Source of the DNA: the human T2T-CHM13v2.0 reference genome, Homo sapiens
NCBI RefSeq assembly: GCF_009914755.1
Contig: NC_060935.1
Strand: one strand, 5' to 3'
DNA length: 64,000 nucleotides
The position numbers were made by a program, and so were the translations under genes. The notes below the pieces were generated by a model. That model ran no database searches. It was not told the origin of the DNA and saw only the letters and a list, made by a program, of their open reading frames with translations. Positions 11,030 through 26,096 of this stretch are shown here, piece by piece (the stretch's first letter is position 1; every line of letters begins with the position of its first letter).

Positions 11030-14000
11030 CACCATTTCTTTATCCACTTGTTGATTGATGGGCATTTGGGTTGGTTCCACAATTTTGCAATTGCGAATTG
11101 TGCACTATAAATATAAGTGTACAAGTATCTTTTTCATATAATGACTAATTTTCCTCTGGGTAGATACCCAGTAGTGGGATTGATGGATCTAATGGTAGTT
11201 CTACTTTTACTTATTTAAGGAATCACCACACTGTTTTCCACAGTGGCTGTACTAGCTTACATTCCCACCAGCAGTGCGAAAGTGTTCCCTGATCACTGCA
11301 TTTATGCCAACATCTACAGTTTATCGATTTTTTGATTATGGCCATTCTTGCAGGAGTAAGGTGGTATTGCATTTTGATTTTGATTTGCATTTCCCTGATC
11401 ATTAATGATATTGAGCATTTTTTCATATGTTTATTTGCAATTTGTATATCTTCTTTTGAGAATTATCTATTCATGTCCTTAGCCCACTTTTTGATGGGAT
11501 TCTTTTTAACTGATTTGTTTGAGTTTGTTGTAGATTCTGGATATTAGTCCTTTGTCAGATGTATAGATTATGAAGATTTTCTTCCAATCTGTGTGTTGTC
11601 TGTTTACTCTGCTGACTGTTCCTTTTGCTGTGCAAAAGCTCTTTAGTCTAATTAAGTCCCAACTATTTATCTTTGTTTTTATTGCGTTTGCTTTTGGGTT
11701 CTTTGTCATGAGAGCCTTGCCTAAGCCAATGTCAAGAACGGTTTTTCCAATGTTATCCACTAGAAATTTTATAGTTTCAGGTCTTAGATATAAGTCCTTA
11801 ATCTATCTTGAGTTGATTTTTGTATAAGGTGAGAGATGAAGATTATTTCATTCTCCTATATGTGGCTAGCCAATTATCCCAGCACCATTTGTTGAAAAGG
11901 GTGTCCTTTCCCCACTTTATATTTTTGTTTGCTTTGTCAAAGATCAGTTGGCTGTTAAGTATTAGGGTTTATTTCTGGGTTCACTATGATTTCCATTGGT
12001 CTATATGCCTATTTGTATACCAATACTATGCTGTTTTTGTGACTATGGGCTTATAGTTTGAAATCAGGTAGTGCAGAACCTCCTGATTTGTTCTTTTTGC
12101 TCAGTCTTGCTTTGGCTATGAGGGCTCTTTTTTGTTTCCATATAAATTTTAGAATTGTTTTTTTCTAATTCTGAGAAGAATGATGGTGGTATTTTAATGG
12201 GGATTGTGTTGAATTTATAGATTGCTTTGGGCAGTATGGCCGTTTTCACAATATTGATTCTACCCATCCATGAGCATGAGATATGTTTCCATTTGTTTGT
12301 GTCATCTGTGATTTCTTTCAGCAGTGTTTTGTAGTTTTCCTTGTAGAAGCCTTTTGCCTCCTTGGTTAGGTATATTCCTAAGTATTTTACTTTTTTTGCA
12401 GCTATTATAAAAGGGGTTGAATCCTTGATTTGATTCTCCACTTGGTCGCTGTTGGTGTAGAGAAGAGCTACAGATTTATGTACAGTAATCTTCTATCCAG
12501 AAACTTTACTGAATTCTTTTATCAGTTCTAGGAGCTTTTCAGAGGAGTCTTTAGGGTTTTCAAGGTAAATGATAATATCATCAGCAAACAATGACAGTTT
12601 GACTTCCTCTTTACCAATTTGGATGCCATTTATTTCTTTCTCTTTTCTGATTGCTCTGGATAGGACTTCCAACACTATGTTGAAGAGGAGTGGTAAAAGT
12701 GAACCATCTTTGTCTTGTTCCAGTTCTCAGAGGGAATGCTTTCAACTTTTCCCCATTTAGTATTATGTCGGCTGTGGGTTTGTCATAGATGCCTTTTATT
12801 ACATTGAGGTATGTCCCTTGTATGCTGATTTTGCTGAAGGTTTTAATCATAAAGGGACGCTGGGTTTTGGAGAATGCTTGTTCTGATGAGCATTCAACAG
12901 AGAATGCATCATCTGTTGAGATGATCATGGAATTTTTGTTTTTAATTCTGTTTACGTGGTGTATCCCATGTATTGACTTGTGTATGTTATACTATCCCTG
13001 CATCCCTGGTATAAAACCCACTTGATCATGGTAGATTATCTTTTTGATATGTTGGATTCAGTTAGTTCGTATTTTGTTAAGGATTTTAGTGTCTATGTTC
13101 ATGAAGGATATTGGTCTGTAGTTTTATTTTTGGCTATGTCCCTTCCTGGTTTTGGTAATAGGGTGATGCTGGCTTCATAGAATAAATTAGGGAGGGTTCC
13201 CTCTTTTTCTATCTTGTGGCATAGTGCCAAAAGGATTGTTACCAATTCTTCTTTGAATATCTGGTGGAATTCTGCTGTGAATCCATCTGGTCCTAGACTT
13301 TTTTGTTAGTAATTTTTTAATTACCATTTCAATCTTGCTGTTTGTTATTGGTCTGTTTGTGGTTTCTAGTTCTTCCTGATTTAAGCTAGGAGGGTGGTAT
13401 TTTTCCAGGAATTTATCCATCTCTTCTAGGTTTCCTAGTTTATGTGCATAAAGGTGTTCATAGTAGCCTTGAGTGATCTTTTGTATTTCAGTGGTGTCAG
13501 TTGTAATATCTCCTGTTTCATTTCTTAGTGAGGTTGTTTGGGTTTTCTCTCTCCTTTTCTTGGTTAATCGTGCTAATATTCTATCAATTTTATTTATCTT
13601 TTCTAAGAACCAGCTTTTTGTTTATCTTTTGTATTGGTTGTTTTTTGTTTCAATTTCACTTAGTCCTGCTCTGATCTTGGTTATTTCCTTTTTTCTTCTG
13701 GGTTTGGGTTTGGTTTGTTCTTGTTTCTCTAGTTCCTTGAGGTGTGACCTTAGAGTGTCTGTGCTCTTTCAGTCTTTCTGATGTAGGCATTTAGGGCTAT
13801 GAACTTTCCTCATAGCACCACCTTTCCCGTATCCCAGAGGTTTTGATAGGTTGTGTCATTATTGTCGTTCAGTTTGAAGATTTTTAAAATTTCTATCTTG
13901 ATTTCATTCTTGTCCCAGTGCTCATTCAGGAGCAGGTTATTTAATTTCCATGTATTTGCATGGTTTTGAAGGTTTCTTTTGGAGTTGATTTCCAGTTTTT

Positions 14001-14600
14001 TTCCACTGTGGTCTGAGAGAGTGTTTGATATAATTTCAATTTGTTTAAACTTATTGAGACTTGTTTTATGGCCTGTCATATGGTCTATCTTGGAGAAAGT
14101 TGCATGCGCTGTTGAATAGAATGTATATTCTGGGGTTGTTGGATGAAACGTTCTGTATATATCTGTTAAGTCCATTTGTTCCAAGGTATAGTTTAAATTC
14201 ATTGTTTCTTTGTTGACGTTCTGTCTTGACCTTTCTAGTACTGTCAGTGGAGTATTGAAGTCCCCCACTATTATTGTGTTGCTGTTTTTCTCGTTTGTTA
14301 GGTCTATCGGTAATTATTTTATAAATTTAGGAACTCCAGTGTTAGGTGTATATATGTTTAGGATTGTGATATTTTCTTGTTGGACAAGGCCTTTTACCAT
14401 TATATAATGTTCCACTTTGTCTCTTTTAACCACTGTTGCTTTAAAGTTTGTTTTGTCTTATATAAGAATAGCTACCCCTGCTTGCTTTTCGTGTCCATTT
14501 TCATGAATTGCCCTTTCTACCACTTTACTTTAAGTTTATATGAGTTCTTATGTTTTGGGTGAGTCTCCTGAAGGCAGCAGATGGTCAATTGGTTGGCAAG

Positions 14601-14926
14601 CTTTTTGTTGTTGTTGTTTGATTTGTTTTGTTTTGTTTTGTTTTGAGATGGAGTCTTGCTCTGTCACCCAGGCTGAAGTGCAGTGGCACAATCTTGGCTC
14701 ACTGCAACCTCCACCTCCTGGGTTCAAGCGATTTTCCTATCTCAGCCTCCTGAGTAGCTAGGATTACAGGCACAAGTCACCACACCTGGCTAATTTTTGT
14801 ATTTTTAGTAGAGATGGGGTTTCGCCATGTTGGCCAGGATGGTCTTGAACTCCTGACCTCAGGTGATCCACCAGCCTCGGCTTCCCAAAATGCTGGAATT
14901 ACAGGCATGAGCTACTGTGCCCAGTC
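14601..14926 (-). mobile_element. AluS (Sx/Sz-like) inserted in the L1
   Basis: Full dimer with (TTTTG)n tail; L1 sequence resumes after it. Confidence 0.92.
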
Positions 14927-17211
14927 AGTTCTTATCCATTCTGCAGTTCGGTATCTTTTAAGTGGAGCATTTAGGCCATTTACCATCAATGTTCGTACTG
15001 AGATGTGAGGTACCATTTCAATCGTTGTGCTGTTATGTACTTGGTGTTTTTTGTTTTAAGTTTTTGCTTTTTAAATTGTATTTCTGTTTTATAGGTCCTG
15101 TGTGATTTATGCTTTAAAGAGGTTCTGTTTTGATGTTTCCAGGATTTGTTTCAAGATTTAGCATTCCTTTTAGCAGTTCTTGTAGTGGTGGCTTGGTAGT
15201 GGCGAATTCACTCAGCATTTGTTTGTCCAGAAAAGACTGCATCTTTCCTTCATATATGATGCTTACTTTCACTGGATACAAAATTCTTAGCTGGTAATTG
15301 TTTTGTTTGAGAAAGCTGAAGATAGGGCCCCAATCCTTCTAGCTTGTAGGGTTTCTGCTGAGAAATCTGCTGTTAAAGTAATAGGTTTTCCTTTATAGGT
15401 TTCCTGGTGCTTTTGTCTCACAGTTCTTAAGATTCCTTCCTTCATCTTAACTTTAGATAACCTGATGACAATGTGTGTAGTCGATGATCTTTTTGTGATG
15501 AATTTCCCTGTGTTCTTTGTGCTTCTTGTATTTGAATGTCTAGTTCTCTAGCAAGGCTATGGAAGTTTTCTTCAATTATTCCCCCAAATAGGTTTTCCAA
15601 AGTTTTAGATTTATCTTCTTTCACAGGAACACTGATTTTTCTTAGGTTTGGTTGCTCAGCATAATCCCAGACTTCTTGGAGGCTTAGTTCATATTTTCTT
15701 ATTCTTTTTTTCTTTGTCTTTGTTGGATTGAGTTAATTGGAAGACCTTGTCTTTGAACTCTGGATTTCTTTCTTCTACGGGTTCAATTCTATTGTGAGAC
15801 TTTCCAGAGCATTTGCATTTCTATAAGTATGTCCAATGTTTCCTGAAGTTTTGATTGTTTTTTCTTTGGCTATCTATTTCCTTGAATATTTCTCCCTTCA
15901 CTTCTTGTATCACTTTTTGAATTTCCTTGCACTGGGCTTTGCCTTTCTCTGGTGCCTCCCTGATTAGGTTAATAACTAACCGCCTGAATTCTTTTTCAGG
16001 TAAATCAGGGATGTCTTCTTGGATCCATTGCTGGTGAGCTAGTGTGATTTTTTGGGGGTGTTAAAGAGCCTTGCTTTGTCATATTACCAGTGTTGGTCTT
16101 CTGGTTCCTTCTCATTTGTTAGGCTCTGTCATAGAAAAGGTCCAGGGCTGAAAGCTGTTGTTCAGATTCTTTTGTCCCATGGGGTATTCCCTTGATGTGG
16201 TACTTTTCTCGTTTTCCTGTGGATGTTCATTCCTGTGAGCCTAGCTGCAGTGATTGTGATCTCTCTTCTGGGTCTAGCCACCCAGCAAGTCTACCTAGCT
16301 CTGGGCCGGTACTGGGGGCTGACTTCACAGAGTCTTATGATGTGAGCCATCTATGGGCCTCTCAGCTGTGGATACCAGCACCTGTTCTGGTGGAGGTGGC
16401 AGTTGGGGGTGAATGCACTCTGTGAGGGTTCTTAGCTCTGGTGGTTTCATGTTCTATTTTTGTACTGGTTGGCCTCCTGCCAGCACGAGGCCCTTTCCAG
16501 AGAGCATCAGCTGTGGTAGTATGGAGACAAACCAACAGTGAGCAGGGTCCTAAAACTCCCAAGAGTATATGCCCTTTGTCTTCCACTACCAGGCTACCAG
16601 GGTGCATAGGGAAGGACCATCAGGTTGCTGCAGGGCTAGGCATGTCTGAGCTCAGACTCTCCTTGGGTGGGTCTTGCTGTGGCTGTTGTGGGGGATGGGG
16701 ATGAGGTTCCCAGGTGACTGGAGTTGTGTACCTAGGAGGATTATGGCTACCTCTGCTGAGTCATGCAGGTTGTTGGGTAAGTGGAGAAAAGCCAGTAGTC
16801 ACAGGCCTCGCCCAGCTTCCACGCAATCTGAAGGGCTGGTCTCACTCCCACCGTGTCCCCTCTAACAGCCCTAAGTCTATTTCCAGGTGGTAGGTGAGCA
16901 GAGCTTAAGAACTTACCCCAGGCTACCCACCTTCCAGCTTTGAAAGAAAAGGGCTTTGTTCTTCCCCTTCCTGTGGAGTCTGCAAGCTGGATTTGTACCC
17001 TTCCCCCAGTTCTAACCAGGAGGCTTCTTATCCAATTCTAATTATTACAGAGTTCAACTGGAGACTTCCTACTTCCTGTGGTGTTTCCCCTGACACCCCT
17101 CCTGAAGGTTCTCTGTGATGCCAGGCAGGAATGGCCTGCTTGGGGACGCAGTGAGCTCCCAGGGCCTTTCCCACTGCTTTCTCTACCCCTATATTTTGCT
17201 CAGCTCTCTAA

Positions 17212-17706
<495 letters not shown>

Positions 17707-18326
17707 ACTTCAAAAAATAATTTAAAAATCACATATCAGTATATATTTATGTATGTAGGTATCTATAAATATACACACATACACATACGTAAGGGAATAT
17801 TTGTGTGTGATTTTGCATGAGGAAAATGAGAGAGGAAAAGAAGAGTAATATATTTCAACAAAAGAGTCTTCTTTATCCATTATGCTTTTTAGAAAATTAA
17901 AACATTTTAAAAATTACATATAATTTGTAACCCTTCAATTAGAAATGGAAATCTTGATATAGATAGTTGATATAAAGTAATACCAGAGGGCATATCTCAC
18001 TCCTTTCTTGACGTTAACAAATGTACATAGCCATACCCCCTTCTAAGGATGTAGTTAGAAAATGTATGTATTACTATAGAAACAGCTTACAGTAGAGGCC
18101 AAAATTTCCAAGTAACCAACTTCAAAGGGAATCGGACCTGGGCTGGCACAAAGTGCAAATCAGAAGAGACCACTTTGGTGGTCTTTGGTCTTTGCCATAA
18201 GAAGATAAAAAAGGAGATGAGAGAATGGAGAATGAAGAGCAGAAGTGAGTACATTTAAACAGCTTTAAAGTCAAAAGCCTTGTTTTCCCACTAGGAGCCT
18301 CTTCTGGTTATTTGGTTATACGCCCC

Positions 18327-18984
18327 TGTGATGGCTAATATTAGGTGACAACTTGATCGGATTGAAGGATACGTAGATAGCTGGTTTAAGTATTGTTTCT
18401 GGGTGTGTCTGTGAGGGTGTTGACAGAGGAGACTGCCATTTTAGTCTGTGGACTGGGGGAGAAAGACCTACCCTCAATGTAGGCGGCACCATCCAATGAG
18501 CTGTCAGCACAGCTGGACCAAAGCAGGCAGAAGAAGGTAGGATAAGCTGGTTTACAGATACCTACATATACAGATATAGACTGATAAGTGATTTCAAAAT
18601 TATTTTTAGAAGTTAATAGGAATAGACAGACCCTTGAGTCTTCTAACTTTCACCTCCTCCTGGGCTGGATGCCTCCTCCCATTTCTCCTGCCCTTGGACA
18701 TCAGACTCCAGGTTCTTTGGCCTTTGGATTCTTGGACTTATACCAGTGGTTTGCCAGGGGCTCTCAGGCCATCAGCCACAGACTGAAGGCTGCACTGTCA
18801 GCTTCCCAGCTTTTGAGGCTTTTGGATTCCGACTGAGCCGCTACTGCTTCTCTCTTCCCCAGCTTTCAGATGGCCTATCATGGGACTTCGCCTTGTGATC
18901 CTGTAAGCCAATTCTCCCTAATAAACTCCCTTTCATATATACATGTATCCTGTTAGTTCTGTCCCTCTGGAGAACCCTAATACA
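18327..18984 (+). mobile_element. MLT2B-like (ERVL) solo LTR carrying an ~80-bp foreign insert
   Basis: TG...CA termini ('tgtgatggctaat'...'ctaataca'); 5-bp TSD gcccc/gtccc. Confidence 0.85.
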
Positions 18985-20949
18985 GTCCCTTAAAAGAATT
19001 ATCTACTTGGAATCTTCTAGACCAAGAGGCTGATAAAAACTTTATCTGACTTGTCAGAATACTCTGGATGTTATTCAGAACCTGGGGAAGTGAACATCAG
19101 AACTAGAAAATAGATTGTTATCCCTTTCTTACCCAGATGAATGCCCACTCTTTTACTTAATACTGGGGCATTTAATGAGACTTTTCTTAAAGACTCCACA
19201 GAGATCTCTCAGGTCTCCATCTTGACTTCCACAGACTTAGTGTCTTCCTAGGAGGACCTTTGTATATGGTGCAGTAACACAGGCATCCCTATGAATACTG
19301 CATCATTTGCATTATACTTGCCTCTTTATATCTTCCAATAGGGGAAAGAAAGAAGAATGAACACAATTTTTAAAATCTGTTGTAGAAGCAAGGTTTTTTG
19401 ACCATAGTATATCTTCATATTGTAAAACACAGCTGATGTTAAACAAATTAAGAATATAGAATCATCATTATAATTACTCAAATATTCTACCAGTTGGTAA
19501 CTTATAATAATGTATTCAAAAACCAATATGAAGACAAAATATTAAATAGGCTCACTTTGGAGTCATTCCTCAAGAAGGGTATTTAAATAAACTGTATATT
19601 CAGTTGTTTGGCAACTTTTTTTATGAGTAGAAGTTAAAAATATCCCTCAACTTTCTCTTCTCTCTACTTAAGTCTTCCATGCCTACTAGAACCATTATTG
19701 TAGAAATGCATTTTAATCACATCCAGTACAATATACACATACATGTATAAATATATTAATGTTTCCATATACTGTCAACCAAGAAAAAGATAAGTGACAT
19801 ATACTAATCTTGTGCATGATATATATTCATACTTTCTACTCTAATCCTCTAATCTATTTTTAAATGATATTCTTGACTTTCTACACTTTTATAATCAAAA
19901 TATATGGAAAGTGGCCATGTCCGATGCTGTGATTTTACCAGAAACTTACAGCTTATCATTCATTCCAAGAATACTTATTAATCCTCATTAAGAACTAGAA
20001 AATATGGAATAAACCATTTTCTTTTTGACTCATCATCATCAGAATCATTCATTAAATGCATATTTATATTGTTACTACCAAGATGAGAAACTGATGCCAT
20101 TGCTAACTCATTCCCCCAAATGATAACTGCTAAAAAATCATAGCAGTTAAAGGAAAATATGAACTGAAGTATTAAAAAAGAAGCATGCGAAAAACCCAAC
20201 AAACGAAATAATGAGTGATTCCTGGAAAGAAAGATGACTCACAGAAATGAATATATATGTCTTTGGAAGAGATCGTTGTGATTAGTTGAGTCAGGGGGCC
20301 GCAGTAGGAGGCATGCAAGAGTAGGCTGAAGGTCATCTGTAGATTCTGCTCTCCTTTTCTGCACTCTTCCTTGAGAGTATCACCTTCTGTCCCTTCCCCT
20401 TAGAAATCAATGGCAACAGCTCAGGCCTCTCCTGTCATCAAGGTAACATCAGTGCAGTACAAAAGCCCTGCTAGAATGAGAAGTAATGGGAGTGAGGAAG
20501 GGTGGAGTCATAGTACCCACCCCATCTCCCTTAGATCCCCTAAGAGCATTCTATGCTTTCAAAGTTTTCTATCCTGGGTTTTTCATTTTCTCCCCAGGAC
20601 AGCAGCCATCATTGGCCCTTTTCCTGTACCCATTGCCACACAGAGCAATTGAAAATTAAAAAAAAAAAAAAAAATCAGATAAGGGCTAAAATGACAAGAT
20701 ATTTGAGTACAGAGCTACTAAAAAGAAACACTACACATTGCACTACATACGCATTCTGAAGCAGAATTACTGGAGTAGATAAACTAACAATTTAGTTAAG
20801 CATGTTAAATATACCCAAGGAGTTAACCTATACAGTAATAACACATAGAAAAACAAAACAAAAAATCATAAAAAAACTACTTGATAATGTTAACTGTAGA
20901 CAATAGCCAGTAGTTAATAGGTAAAATAAAGAATACACTAAACGGTGTA

Positions 20950-22159
20950 AGTATAAGAAAGAAAATAGTAATAATGACAAATTTATAGAAAGCATCAGGG
21001 AACGACAAAATACTGAGATAGAAAATATAAAATATGCATTAAAAGCTATGGAGAATCAGAGTAAAATTGCCAAGTATCTGAGTCACAAAATAAAAGCACA
21101 CATATAAATAAATAGAAACTTTATCGTGCCATCGTGAAATTTTAAAATATCAAAATAAAAGATACAATTACAAAATTTTCCAAGGGAAAGAACAGGTCAC
21201 CCACAAAAGGGCAATAATCAGATAGATATCAGACTTCTTAAGATTGTTAATGAATTTAAGAAGACAATAAAGCAATGTTTTAGTACACTGCTTCTACATT
21301 GTTCTATACATATAAACTGGCATTCAAATGTTAAAGCACGTAAAGCATGGAAGTGTTGCCAGAGAAAGCTCCATTTTGAAAATCCTTTTGGAGGAAATAC
21401 TGTACTCAAAAACAGAATAAACAGCAGACTGCAAGTGATATGAGGATTAATAGTGAACAAATACCTTGGCCAATTTAGTTTTTCCTTTAGGAAACAGAGC
21501 CGAAGAGGGGAAAATATGATTGGAGTGAGGCAGTGCAACAAGGGGACATATAGTACATAACCAAGACTATTATAAATTTTCTATATTTTAACTTAGAAGC
21601 AATTATGGTGAGAACAAAATTAGAATGTGTAATATTGAAACTCAATGCAGAAAAACTTGATTTACTCTGTTAAAAAAATAAGATGGAAAAAATTAAATTA
21701 ATTCCTATAATGGAAAGGAAAAAAGGCAAAAAATTCAAGATGGCCAAAGTTCCAATGTATTAGAAATCATGAGAAATTAAAATGGGTTAAATTTAATAAT
21801 TTAATTTTTAAAATGAGACAGAATAACTAAAATTAAAAGAATAGGAAAATATATACAAATGTTCTAAGTTTAAAAATTGAAAATATTGCATATGTAACAT
21901 AAGCAAGATAGGAAAATACAGACAAAAGAATATAAAGAAAAGAATTGGCAACAACATTAATGTCTGCCACATAAAATTTAAGAAACAGATATAATAAGGG
22001 AAGACACTATATACTCGCAAACAAAATAAAATAAAGTAAAACCATTATAAATAAGTATATACCTAACAATGTAGCTTCAGTATTCATCAAGCTATATGTC
22101 ATAGAACATGAACATAAGCAGATACATAGAATATCTTAAAAATACAATTGATAATTTTA
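20950..22159 (+). mobile_element. Ancient L1M (L1ME-like) ORF1/ORF2 remnant, left part
   Basis: A-rich; 'acaggtcacccacaaaagg...atcagacttc' is ORF1-like; continues after 26113. Confidence 0.55.
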
Positions 22160-23095
22160 TTTTATTTTACATCCACCAGTTTGTTATAAAAGAGATAATG
22201 AAGGATACAGAGGAAGAGATGACTAAGGCGAGAAATAGGGGAAGGGGCAAGAAGCTTCCATGCGCTCGCTGGACATGCCACCCTTCAGTAATTTCTAGTG
22301 TTCATCCATGTAGGAACCCAGTCCTAGGTTTTTATGGAAGCTTCATTACTTCAGCTTTATGTCCCCCAGGGTATAGGGCAAGATTCTCTTTAGAATGAGA
22401 GTTTTATGATCCACAAACAGAAAGGCAGGGAAAGATTAGAGTCCTATTTAGTATGAGTTATTAAAATTGCTTGAGGGGCAGATGTACACGCCTTCTGTTT
22501 TACAGTACTAGGTAGATGAATTTCCCAATCAGATACAACGCTCATTCCCATAATACAATCAGATAAAAGTGACCAAACTGCTTCACATGAGGTGTGTTCA
22601 AATATATCAACTTTTATAATCCTATCCATTTTTACATTTTTAAGTTCTTGTCCCAGGAACTTCTCTTCTTCTCTTGCAGACTATTTTACCCTCTCTTGTG
22701 CGAAAGACTTTGGGCCCTCAGCCAGAGATTAAGCCAAGGGACCCTGGCCTTTCTGTCAATCTTTATCTTCATTAATCAGTATAGCCATTACCCCAGACAA
22801 TGCCACGGATGGGTTTCTCATTGTAATCTTTTAAAATATTCTGACTTTTTAAATTTATTCAGACTGGGGAAAATAGAGCAAACTGGTTTGGGGCCCTTTA
22901 GTATTGGGGGACCAGCCAAGTCTCCCTTTGATCTACTCAGCCTTTGATAGTGTTGTATTTAGACTTTTGTTTTAACCCCATTAATTTCCATTTTATTCAT
23001 TTAATATTTTAATAACCATCTAAAGATTTCCACCTTGTGAGATGAATCCCATGACTCTCTCTTCTCTTTTTCTTTGTAGTTTCACCTCATCAGTG

Positions 23096-23303
<208 letters not shown>

Positions 23304-23812
23304 TGAGTTCTTTCACTCTCCTCACTACCCTTCACTGTTCTCTGGTTAATTTACCTGATGTTTTATTAGCATCTGTAGTGACCCATGAGGAGAAGTTGAG
23401 ACAACAAATTTGATAAGGCTTCTCTGACTGTCTCTGTTTTGTATCAACAGGGTTACATGAGGTGTTCATGAAAATGGGGCTCCCCTAACCACAGCACTTA
23501 CCATAACCTGAGTAACAGGCATATTTAGCCAGTGAATGTCCCTGACATCATAAAAGCAATCCCATTTGGCTTGCATATGAAGCATATCAACTGCTTCATC
23601 TGGGGTGCTCCACTTGGCATTTATAGGTGGAGTCTGACAGTCCCACTTCAGAACTTTACAGTGGCTTTTATCCACCCCACCAGACTGGCCATTTCTTCAG
23701 GAATAAATTCCTATGATATATACACATCTGCAATTACTCAGTAGTGAGCTGTAGGTCCTGCATCAATGCAAACATGTTCTTCTACTCTGCATCATTTAAA
23801 ACCAAAGACACT

Positions 23813-24230
<418 letters not shown>

Positions 24231-24499
24231 CTAAGTTTTAGTAGTTACTTGTTTTTGCCCTTCTCCCACATTGACCACCTTTTTGGTGACCAAAGGTCTT
24301 AGAAGTGCTTTCTGTTTTCCTGACATAATTTTCCCCTTTGCGGGTGGCTTTGAGGCTAGTGGCCTGAGCTCAGACAGACTCACATCTGAGCTTGGTTTCC
24401 CCTAAAGGCCTGACTCAGCACTCTATTTAAATTCTATTTTAGCTATTATAGATAAAAATAACCAAGGATTCGAACATGTTGCTTTTCTCTTATTAGTTT

Positions 24500-25352
24500 C
24501 ATAAACCAAAAATGAAATTCTAAGCCTCCGGATGGATTGAATGGACTCCCCTCTCAGCCAACGGGATTCCAAAGAAACCTGAAAAACTAGTTCAGGAAGG
24601 GGATGACAGACATGCCTCATTACACTCTTTCTTTTGGATTTTAGACACAACTGACTAACATTAACATTAAAACTGAGATCTTAAGACTGACAAAACAGAC
24701 TCTTTGTAGCAATTAAGAAGCAACATTCCAACCTGACTTTAGTGTAACATCGCATGACAAATAAAGAAGGAAATCAAATTATTTTACCTCAAAATATGTT
24801 TTCTTACCATATTTTGAAATGGCTCTTTTTATCTGTAAAGAGTCTTTATTAATGTAACTCAATCTTTCCCCTTCCAAGCCCTCCAATCCTGAAGACATTA
24901 ACTGCGAGCCTGGCACATTTTAAGGCCTGATAAGAGACGTTTGCCATCTATTCTCTGTAGAGTCAGCTTCTGTGGCGGCTTCATCTATATAATAACAACC
25001 TTGGCTTTCACCACCCCCCTTATGTTAACCCCAAGCATTTCTTTCTGCTGGCTTCAACTGTAGGCAAAGCTTAACTGTTTTAATCAATTACCTATGACCT
25101 GAAAGCCACATCTTCTCCCACCTTTGAGATATCTTACATTTTCAGACCGAACCAATGTGTACCTCACATGTATTGATACACTGATTAATTCCACATGTCT
25201 TCCTAAAATGTATAAAAGCAAGCTGTAACCTAACCACCTTACACACATGTTCTCAGGATCTCCTGAGACTGTGTCAAGAACGATTGTCCTCACAATTGTC
25301 TTCAAATAAATCTTTTCAAATATTTTACGAAGTTTGGCTTTTGTCATCAACA
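24500..25352 (+). mobile_element. MER4-group (MER4D/E-like) ERV1 solo LTR nested in the MER21 internal region
   Basis: 'taaaccaaaaatgaaattctaagcc'...'aataaa...tcatcaaca'; 4-bp TSD gttt/gttt. Confidence 0.8.
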
Positions 25353-26096
25353 GTTTGCATTTCCCTGTGCATCCATATCTAAATTCCACTGATAGCTTTT
25401 ACCTTGAGTAACCAAATGCAGCATAACTGCAGCTCTATACCATGGGGGACCATGTGGCCACCCAGGAATCAAAGGTTCTTCACCCCCTGCTCTTTTATTA
25501 TTTCTCTTTCCGAGCTGTGTTTCCCTGAGCCTAAGCAGTGCTAGCAAATCTCATTCCCTTGACACCAATTGTTTTGGGAAAAACTGTCAAACCATGTTTT
25601 TCTTCTGCTCCCATACCACAACAATTAACACAGAAGACTTCTGTGACCAAATGTATGGGGATTTGTTCTACTAAGAAGTAGCAGACACCAGCTGAGTCTC
25701 CTCCAATTTAATTCTGACACTACTTAGCTGGAGATAGTGTCAGATCCCACAGGTTGAAGGCTCAGTCACTAAGATTGCTTCCCCTGCTCAGACACCAGTC
25801 TCAAGTCATGGCCTATAGAACTTCTGACCCACCAGTTTCAAGCTGAGGTTCCCATAACCACTTGCTTTGTTTTGATTAGTTTTCTGGAGTGCCTTACAGA
25901 ACTCGAGGAAACATCTACATTTACTAGTTTATTATAAAGGCAATTAAAAAGTATACGAAGAGATAGATAAGACAAGTTATGGGGAAGGGGCATGGGGCTT
26001 CCATGCCATCCCTGGGCATGTGGCCCACCAGGAACATCTGCGTGCTTAGCTCAGGAGGGCCTGAGAACATGTGTTTGTGTGTATATCATGAAGCTC

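Noticed and set aside
23466-23675. 69-aa gag-like ORF as a domesticated gene
   Set aside because: Short remnant in a degraded ERV internal region interrupted by Alus and an LTR
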